From Myxococcota bacterium (lineage in GTDB: Bacteria; Myxococcota; XYA12-FULL-58-9; JALHOP01): a stretch of DNA of 64,000 nucleotides. The stretch lies in assembly GCA_041288095.1 (NCBI GenBank), contig JBGGMJ010000158.1:11133-75132 (forward strand). The letters run 5' to 3'. This document shows, one piece after another, positions 57,794 through 64,000 of the stretch. A model generated the notes under the pieces. That model was not told where the DNA came from. It saw only the letters and a list, made by a program, of their open reading frames with translations, and ran no database searches. Numbering within the stretch: position 1 is the first letter of the stretch; every line of letters begins with the position of its first letter. The translations under genes were made by a program, and so were the position numbers.

Positions 57794-58561
57794 TCAGGTG
57801 CTCTTCAGGTCTGTCGCGAGCCACTCGAGGAGCGCAGCCTCGCACGTGTGCAAGAAAAAGTGATGCCCATCGAAGGTGCGCAGGTCGAGATTCTTCGATG
57901 AATGACGGCGCCAGTCTTCGAGGTCGGCCACGGGGGTCGCGTCGTCGTTGGCACCGCCGAGCGCCACGATGGGAACGTCGAGAGGGTCTTCCTCGCGGAA
58001 CTTGTAGCCCTCGAACATGACCATGTCGGCGCGCAGAATCGGCAGCACGACGGACAGCAGCTCCGCGTCCGCCAAAACCTCCGGCGCGAAACCGCCAGGG
58101 TAACGGCGGTTCATGGCGTCCACCAAGCCGTTGTCGTCGAGGTGCAAGAAACTGCCATGCACGGCTACGGGGTAGAGATGGGGAGCGCGGCGCCCGGAGA
58201 CGTAAAGCCGGCTCGGCGCCCTCACCTGCCGCCGCCGGCATTCGCGCGCCAGCTCGAACGCCAGCAACGCGCCGAGGCTGTGCCCGAAGATCGCGAAGGG
58301 CCTGTCCATCAGCGGCAGTAGGCCGTCCATGATAGCGGGCACGAGCGTCGCCGTGTCGGTGTGCAGCGGCTCGCGCATGCGCATCCAGCGCCCCGGCAGC
58401 TCGACCGGACAAACCTCGATGTCCGCGCTCAAGGTCTTCGACCAGTTGCGATAGATCATGCTGCTGCCGCCGGCGTACGGCAGACAGAACAGGCGCAGCC
58501 TCGCGTCAGGGCGCGTCTGGTGAGAGGCGACCCACCTGGATGGTGGCGGTGACATGAACAC
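57794..58561 (-). CDS. Type II thioesterase
   Basis: LFCLPYAGG, ELPGR, FGHSLG, LRAD, GHHFF. Confidence 0.92.
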   Translation of the reverse strand: MFMSPPPSRWVASHQTRPDARLRLFCLPYAGGSSMIYRNWSKTLSADIEVCPVELPGRWMRMREPLHTDTATLVPAIMDGLLPLMDRPFAIFGHSLGALLAFELARECRRRQVRAPSRLYVSGRRAPHLYPVAVHGSFLHLDDNGLVDAMNRRYPGGFAPEVLADAELLSVVLPILRADMVMFEGYKFREEDPLDVPIVALGGANDDATPVADLEDWRRHSSKNLDLRTFDGHHFFLHTCEAALLEWLATDLKST

Positions 58562-58566
58562 TAGCC

Positions 58567-58815
58567 CTAGCCCGCCTTCTTCCTGGCGATGAACTTGGCG
58601 ATGTTGGCCACCGAGTTGAAGTTCGCGAGCTGGAGGTCGTCGTTTTCGACGCGCAGGCTGTGCTCCTTCTCGACGTACTGGACGAGCTTCAGCGCGAACA
58701 TCGAGTCCACGAAGCCAGCCTTGAAAATGTCATCGTCGTCGCCGAACTTGGCGTTGTCCTCGTAGATGACGAGATTCGAAGCGATGAAGTTGCGGATCTG
58801 CTCTCTGATATCCAT
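58567..58815 (-). CDS. Discrete acyl carrier protein 1 (FkbJ/ZmaD-like)
   Basis: 82 aa MDIREQIRNF...GFVDSMFALKLV...NFNSV. Confidence 0.88.
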   Translation of the reverse strand: MDIREQIRNFIASNLVIYEDNAKFGDDDDIFKAGFVDSMFALKLVQYVEKEHSLRVENDDLQLANFNSVANIAKFIARKKAG

Positions 58816-58841
58816 ATGACCGAGTCTCCTGGGTATCCCGA

Positions 58842-59912
58842 CTACTTTTCGCGAGGGGTGCTGGGCGTCACGACGGAAACGTATTTTGGAAAAGGCTGGA
58901 TGTTCGTCAGGTCGTTCTCGAAGACGATACGACCGTTCTCCCCCGACTCGACTTCCTTGAACTGCGAGAACTTGTACGACACGTACATCATGCGATTGCG
59001 TTCGGTCTGGATGAAGTCGGCGAGGAACCGCGCGCCGGCCTCCTTCGCCTGCTGCATGATGTAGCTGAGAAAGATCGTACCGACGCCGCGCGACATCACG
59101 CGACACGACATGAGCATCAGGCGCAGGTGCCAGACCTCGCGGCCGGTCTCGACGAGCGCGAGACCGATCTTGCCGTACGACCCGAACTTGTCGGTGAGCT
59201 CGCAGATGAGCAGCTGGTGCTCGTTCGAGCGACGCAGCTTGTCGAGCTCCTCGTACGAGAAGGTGACGCCGGTCGAGTTGAGCTGATTGGTGCGCACCGT
59301 GAGCTCTTCGGCGCGTTGGAGGTCGGCCTCCGTCGCGCGCGAGATGACGAAGCGCATCTCGAGGCTCTGGAGAAACTCCTCCTTCGGCCCCTTGTACTCG
59401 GCCTCGATGTGATCGCGCTGCGCCGACTCGAGATACATGAGCCGGCGGCGACGTGAGTCCTCGGTGAGGTACTTCGGTGAGAAGCGCGGCTCGCCGAGAA
59501 GCTTGGTGTAGTCGCTCCAGTAGTCCGTCGAGTTGATGACGACGAGGTCGGGATGCGCGGCCTGCACCTCGGCGCGCTCGAAGTCGTCGTCGTCGATGAA
59601 CGCGATGGTGTCCATGCCGATGTTGAGAGCTTCCTTGATGCTCGCCAAGCTCTCACTCTTCGCGCTCCAGGTGATCTGCGGGAAGAGGAAGTAGTGGTCG
59701 ATGCCGAGCTGCTTGAGCCGCGCCATGGCATCGCCGTGATTGTTCTTGCTGGCGATGGAGAGAAGGATGCCTCGCTCGTCGAGCGCCTTGAGGGTCTCGA
59801 CGATGCCCGCCCGAAGCGTCAGGTCGTCCTTCTCGAGCAGCACTCCCTTCCACAGGGTGTTGTCGAGATCCCATACCAGTGCCTTGAGCTCTTTTGGCTT
59901 CCCCTTACCCAT
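58842..59912 (-). CDS. FkbH-like glyceryl-ACP-forming phosphatase/transferase (short type)
   Basis: VWDLDNTLW, ASKN, FIDD, RTNQLN, DKFGSYG, LMSCRV. GAGGAG RBS. Confidence 0.92.
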   Translation of the reverse strand: MGKGKPKELKALVWDLDNTLWKGVLLEKDDLTLRAGIVETLKALDERGILLSIASKNNHGDAMARLKQLGIDHYFLFPQITWSAKSESLASIKEALNIGMDTIAFIDDDDFERAEVQAAHPDLVVINSTDYWSDYTKLLGEPRFSPKYLTEDSRRRRLMYLESAQRDHIEAEYKGPKEEFLQSLEMRFVISRATEADLQRAEELTVRTNQLNSTGVTFSYEELDKLRRSNEHQLLICELTDKFGSYGKIGLALVETGREVWHLRLMLMSCRVMSRGVGTIFLSYIMQQAKEAGARFLADFIQTERNRMMYVSYKFSQFKEVESGENGRIVFENDLTNIQPFPKYVSVVTPSTPREK

Positions 59913-59916
59913 CTCC

Positions 59917-60783
59917 TCACCTCTGTTGTCGCGCGTAGTCGAAGAACCCCTTGCCCGACTTCTTGCCCAGCAAGCCCGCATCCACCATCTTCTTCAATAG
60001 CGGACACGGGCGGTATTTCGAATCGTTGTAGCTCTCGTACAAGACTTCGACCGACTGCAGGATGGTGTCCAAGCCAATCAGGTCCGCGGTCGCGAGCGGC
60101 CCCATCTTGTGCGCGAAGCCCAAACGGAAAATCTTGTCGACGTCGGCGGGCGAGGCGACACCGTCTTGGACGACGTACGCGCACTCGTTGATCATCAACA
60201 TCATGACGCGGTTGGTGACGAAGCCGGGATAGTCGTTGACCACCACGGCTTCCTTGGCGATGACGCTCGCGAGCTCCTTGGCGCGGCCGATGGTGGCGTC
60301 GCTGGTGTGATAACCGCGAATCACCTCGATCAGCTTCTTCATCGGCACCGGGTTCATGAAGTGCATGCCGACGACACGAGCTGGGTTCGGGACCAGCGAG
60401 CCTACGCGCGTGATCGAGACGCACGAGGTGTTGACCGCGAAAACCGTCTCGGTGCTGCAGATCTTCCCGAGGTCGCGGTAGACGTTCGACTTCACCTGAA
60501 AGTTCTCGGTGACGTTCTCGACCACGAAGGTGGCGGGCGCGAGGTCGCTTATTTCGCGGGTGAAGCGGATGCGCCCCAGCACGTCTTCATCGCGCACGGC
60601 GCGGAAAGCACCGTCGGAGAAGCGCAGCAGATTCGCGTTTTCGCGGACCGCCGCGGGGCCTGCCGCTAAAGCGGACTCCGCTATGTCGTGGACGATGACC
60701 GTCTTGCCACGACAGGCCAGATCCGTCGCGATGCCGCACCCCATGATTCCCGCGCCAACGACTCCGTAGATGCCCTCTGTCAT
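59917..60783 (-). CDS. 3-hydroxyacyl-CoA/ACP dehydrogenase (FkbK/ZmaG-like)
   Basis: GAGIMG, VENVTE, NTSC, GMHFMNP, PGFVTNR, MGPLATADLIGLD, LGKKSGKGF. Confidence 0.92.
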   Translation of the reverse strand: MTEGIYGVVGAGIMGCGIATDLACRGKTVIVHDIAESALAAGPAAVRENANLLRFSDGAFRAVRDEDVLGRIRFTREISDLAPATFVVENVTENFQVKSNVYRDLGKICSTETVFAVNTSCVSITRVGSLVPNPARVVGMHFMNPVPMKKLIEVIRGYHTSDATIGRAKELASVIAKEAVVVNDYPGFVTNRVMMLMINECAYVVQDGVASPADVDKIFRLGFAHKMGPLATADLIGLDTILQSVEVLYESYNDSKYRPCPLLKKMVDAGLLGKKSGKGFFDYARQQR

Positions 60784-60793
60784 CGCGTCAGTC

Positions 60794-60818
60794 TCTCCTA
60801 GAGCCGAGTTTCATTGTA
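60794..60818 (-). promoter_or_regulatory. Putative -10 element (TACAAT) and RBS (AGGAGA) upstream of the PKS operon
   Basis: Minus strand reads GGTACAAT (60813-60818 = ATTGTA on plus), then AGGAGA about 10 nt before ATG 60783. No clear -35. Confidence 0.35.
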
Positions 60819-60857
60819 CCGTGTATTGGAACGAGCGCTGCGAGAAATAGAAGCGCG

Positions 60858-61832
60858 TCACTGACTGCCCAGCGTCCGAGACGCATCGATAGTAGCCACG
60901 CGCTTCTCCACCACCGCGGCCTGAAGCTGGAATAACGAGAAAATAACGTTCCAGTTGTCGGCGCACTGTCCCAGATCGCGTTGCAGCTCGATCCGGTCGC
61001 GGGCCGTCAGCGGCTGTGCCGCCGTGGCGAGAAAACCCGCCGTGAGATGTGGTGCCTCGTCTTCCGCTTCGACGAGGCTGCGCAACAACGCCCGCGTCCG
61101 ACCGAGGAGCGACTTCGTCGGTTTGTCGACCTGCGCCGCGGGCTCGGAAATGATCATCGGATAGCGATTGGTGCCGTCGGCGGGCTCGCCCAGCACCAAT
61201 GGCACGGCCTGGCCGCTCGCTTGCTGTAGCGGTGTGACGAGCTCGGCGCCGTAGCGCTCATGGTCCGCTATATCGTGCACGAACTTGAGCTGCACGTCGT
61301 ACTTGCGCTCGAGGAACTGCATCTGCTCGTCCATGATACCGATCAGCGTGGTGAGGTCGGTCGAGCTGTGTTGCAAGGCCTCGGCGAACCTCCGCAGCTG
61401 CGCGCCGAAGAACAAGCTCGAGGCGATGTCCTGCGAGCTCCGCAGGGAAATGCGAAGCGCCGAGAACAGCCGGTCGGGCGTCGCCTCCGTCTTCGCCAGG
61501 TACTGGTCGATGTCATAGGTGTTGAGGACGTCTTCTTCGGGTGCCACGCCGGGCTGACCAGTCCGCAAGATGATGCGCAGCGACAGCGGTGCGTTTTCGC
61601 GGATGTGCCGGCAGAGCTGTAGACCAGCGTCGCTGGTCTCCATGACGACGTCGACCAGCGCCGCGTCGAACCCGCCGTCGCGCGCCAGAATCTCCCGGGC
61701 CTCACGGGCGCTATGCGCGCTCGTCAGCTTGAAGGGACGGCCGCGCCAACTTCGTCGTTTGACGGCGATGTCGGTGACCGCATGAATGTCAGGCTCGTCA
61801 TCGACGACGAGCACCCGCCAGGGTTCAGCCAT
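60858..61832 (-). CDS. Response regulator (REC plus DUF3369-like region, no evident output domain)
   Basis: WRVLVVDDEPDIH, LVDVVMETSDAGL, LRTGQPGVAPE, YDIDQYLAK. Paralogue of 14012-15016. Confidence 0.85.
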   Translation of the reverse strand: MAEPWRVLVVDDEPDIHAVTDIAVKRRSWRGRPFKLTSAHSAREAREILARDGGFDAALVDVVMETSDAGLQLCRHIRENAPLSLRIILRTGQPGVAPEEDVLNTYDIDQYLAKTEATPDRLFSALRISLRSSQDIASSLFFGAQLRRFAEALQHSSTDLTTLIGIMDEQMQFLERKYDVQLKFVHDIADHERYGAELVTPLQQASGQAVPLVLGEPADGTNRYPMIISEPAAQVDKPTKSLLGRTRALLRSLVEAEDEAPHLTAGFLATAAQPLTARDRIELQRDLGQCADNWNVIFSLFQLQAAVVEKRVATIDASRTLGSQ

Positions 61833-61850
61833 GGCCTATCGTCGCTCTCG

Positions 61851-63584
61851 CTATGCTGCGTTACCTGGAATCGCTGCCAGAATTGGCGCCGCGTCGCCCT
61901 TCTTCTCTTTCACCGCGCGGGGAATCTCGACGGTGAACTTGGTACCCTTGCCCTTGGCCGTCGTGCACTTGATCGAGCCATCGAGCAGGTTAGTGACGAT
62001 GTTGTGAACGATAGCGAGCCCGAGGCCCGTACCGCCCTTGCCGCGCGCCGAGGTCACGAAGGGCTCGAAGAGATTCTTCATGATGTCGTCGGCGACACCG
62101 TTGCCGTAATCCTCGAACTCGATGCGATAGCCGATTCCAGCCTCGAGGATGCGGATGTCCATGCGCCCGCCCGGCGCGCCCGGGTAGGCGTAGCGCAAGA
62201 CGTTCTGCAGCATGTTGAGCACGACCTGGCTCAAGTGGCTGGGATAACCGTCCCACGAGAGGTGGCTGCTCGGAGCGCTGAGGTCGACCTTCAGGCTGTG
62301 CTTCTTGAGCTCCGGCGTCATGGACTCGACACAGTCCCTGACGACCTCGACCAAGTCGAACTCACCACGCTGATCGGAGAGCTGCGAAGCCGAGAGCTGC
62401 TTGAAGCTTCGGATGAGGGTCTGGGCGCGCGCCAGGTTCTTGGTGAGCAGAGCACACGACTCTTCGAGATCGCGCGCAATCTCCGGACCGGTGCTGTCGC
62501 CGTGCTTGAGCTGCACGATCTGCTGCGCCAGCGTCACCACCATCGAGTTGGCGGTGTTGGCGATGCCGAGCGGCGTGTTGAGCTCGTGCGCCACGCCGGC
62601 AACCATGGTCGCCACACTCTGCAAGCGCTCGAAGTACATCTTCTCGCGGAGCATGCGTTCCCGGGCGAAGCGCTCCTGGAGACGCAAGGTCGCGTAGGCG
62701 ATGCGCCAGTTGTCGACGAAAAGCACGGCGTCCGCTTCGAGATCGCGCTTCGCTTTGTCGCTCAACACCTCGGGGGCGATCTCGAAGTAGAGCGCGCCGG
62801 GCACGGTCTCGGCCTCTTCGGGCTTGGCGGGGCCGACCGCGGTCTGGTCCTGGCCCTCGAAGGGGATGATGAACGCGTTGTTGGCGAGACCATAGTTGCG
62901 CCCCTCGTGAACCTGCATGCGAGAGCCTTGGGCATAGGCCTTCGTCATGGCGGCGGTGATCTTGGCGAGGTCACCGGTCGCGAGCCGGGGCGTAATGTAG
63001 TGGCCGCTCGGAGCGTTGAGATCGTAGTTGAAGACGGTCTGCGCCGAGTGCTTGAGCTCGAGGAATTGCAGCGCCTCGCCCATGAACACCAAGAGGTCCG
63101 CTACAGAGGACACGTCTTGCAGGGCGCGAGTGAAGCTCTGCAACTGCCGGCCGAAGGCGAGGAGCGTCGAGATGTCTTGCGAGCTGCGCAGACAGGCGCG
63201 CACGACCGCGAACAGCTTCTCGGGAGTCGCCTCCGCTTTGGCGAGGTAATAGTCGATGTCGTATTCGTTGAGGACGTGCTCCTCGGGCGCGGCGCCCGGC
63301 TGGCCGGTACGCAAGACGATGCGCAGCGAGCTCGGGCAGTGGCGGCGCATGAACTCGCAGAGCCGCAGACCGGCGTCGTTCGTCTCCATGACGACGTCCA
63401 CGATAGCGACCTGGATGTTGCGCCCCGTGTCGGTCTCGAGGAACGCCACCGCTTCCTTGTAGCTCGTGAGACTGGTGAGCGCGAAGGGTCGCTTGCGCCA
63501 ACGCTTGTGCTTCAACGCGAGGCGCGTGACCTCGTGGACGTCGGGCTCGTCATCGACCAGCAGGATGTTCCAAGGCTCATTCAT
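61851..63584 (-). CDS. Cytoplasmic hybrid kinase REC - linker domain - HisKA - HATPase_c
   Basis: REC as in the neighbour; H-box VAHELNTPL, G1 EDYGNG, FEPF, GGTGLGL. AAGGAG RBS before MNEPW. Confidence 0.9.
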   Translation of the reverse strand: MNEPWNILLVDDEPDVHEVTRLALKHKRWRKRPFALTSLTSYKEAVAFLETDTGRNIQVAIVDVVMETNDAGLRLCEFMRRHCPSSLRIVLRTGQPGAAPEEHVLNEYDIDYYLAKAEATPEKLFAVVRACLRSSQDISTLLAFGRQLQSFTRALQDVSSVADLLVFMGEALQFLELKHSAQTVFNYDLNAPSGHYITPRLATGDLAKITAAMTKAYAQGSRMQVHEGRNYGLANNAFIIPFEGQDQTAVGPAKPEEAETVPGALYFEIAPEVLSDKAKRDLEADAVLFVDNWRIAYATLRLQERFARERMLREKMYFERLQSVATMVAGVAHELNTPLGIANTANSMVVTLAQQIVQLKHGDSTGPEIARDLEESCALLTKNLARAQTLIRSFKQLSASQLSDQRGEFDLVEVVRDCVESMTPELKKHSLKVDLSAPSSHLSWDGYPSHLSQVVLNMLQNVLRYAYPGAPGGRMDIRILEAGIGYRIEFEDYGNGVADDIMKNLFEPFVTSARGKGGTGLGLAIVHNIVTNLLDGSIKCTTAKGKGTKFTVEIPRAVKEKKGDAAPILAAIPGNAA

Positions 63585-63676
63585 CAGCTGATAAACTCCT
63601 TCACAGGTGCCGACCGACCTGAAGCAAACGCAAAAGGTTAACACCCGCTCAACCGACTTACAAAAAGAAGCTTGTG

Positions 63677-64000
63677 ATGAAACCGCTGGAGGTCTGCACC
63701 GTCGATTGCGAAGCGCCCGGGGTCTTGGCCCGCCTGGCAATCTACCGCGAGGTGCTGAGCTCCGAGGAACGACGGCGCATCGACCGCTTCCTCCGGCCCG
63801 GCGATCAGCGCGCGCACCTCGTGTCGACGGCCCTCCTGCGCTGGGGCCTTGGGCGATCGCTCGGGGTGGACGGCAAGAGCTTGCGTCTAGAGCCCGGTAG
63901 CCATGGCAAACCCACACTCACCTTCCCCACCGCCGAAGTGGCGTTCAACGCCTCGCAGAGCGGCCAATTCGCGGTGGCGGCGTTCGCACCGAAGGGCAGC
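63677..64000 (+). CDS. Sfp-type 4'-phosphopantetheinyl transferase, partial (runs off the window)
   Basis: Not in the ORF track. Hand translation MKPLEV...LSSEERRRIDRF...LLRWGL...SHGKP...FNASQSG matches the Sfp-family N-terminal pattern (LSxxE..R..RF, GKP, FNxSHS). Confidence 0.8.
   Translation, partial: MKPLEVCTVDCEAPGVLARLAIYREVLSSEERRRIDRFLRPGDQRAHLVSTALLRWGLGRSLGVDGKSLRLEPGSHGKPTLTFPTAEVAFNASQSGQFAVAAFAPKGS

Noticed and set aside
58567..60783. Methoxymalonyl- or aminomalonyl-ACP pathway; fatty-acid beta-oxidation genes
   Set aside because: No O-methyltransferase or seryl adenylation enzyme in the window; coupling to FkbH and ACP argues against catabolism.

Overview
High-GC bacterial window that looks myxobacterial (DUF1592/DUF1552 pair, myxobacterial-style PKS docking ends); this taxonomy is inferred. 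Left part (1-28.8 kb): a partial PRTase-like gene, a REC-degenerate GGDEF protein, the DUF1592/DUF1552 pair, dnaB, and a signalling block. That block has a membrane histidine kinase and a paralogous pseudokinase, both with a C4 zinc-ribbon-like insert inside the DHp hairpin, plus a TonB-dependent receptor, a two-domain periplasmic binding lipoprotein, a REC protein and a REC-HDOD-PP2C phosphatase. Oxidoreductases and binding lipoproteins follow. Right part (28.8-60.8 kb): one tightly coupled minus-strand run of 18 genes encoding an unusual type I PKS. It has four PKS proteins with only one catalytically intact AT, a module split by acyl-ACP dehydrogenase and KSIII-like genes, a non-elongating KS0-DH module, and no terminal thioesterase. 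It also has two different FkbH/ACP pairs, a hydroxymalonyl-ACP-type cassette without an O-methyltransferase, a possible LnmK-like hotdog protein, a type II thioesterase, a Lol-like ABC exporter and a DMT transporter. Two regulators and a partial Sfp-type PPTase flank it. I saw no RNA genes, CRISPR arrays or mobile elements. All calls come from reading motifs by eye; no searches were run.
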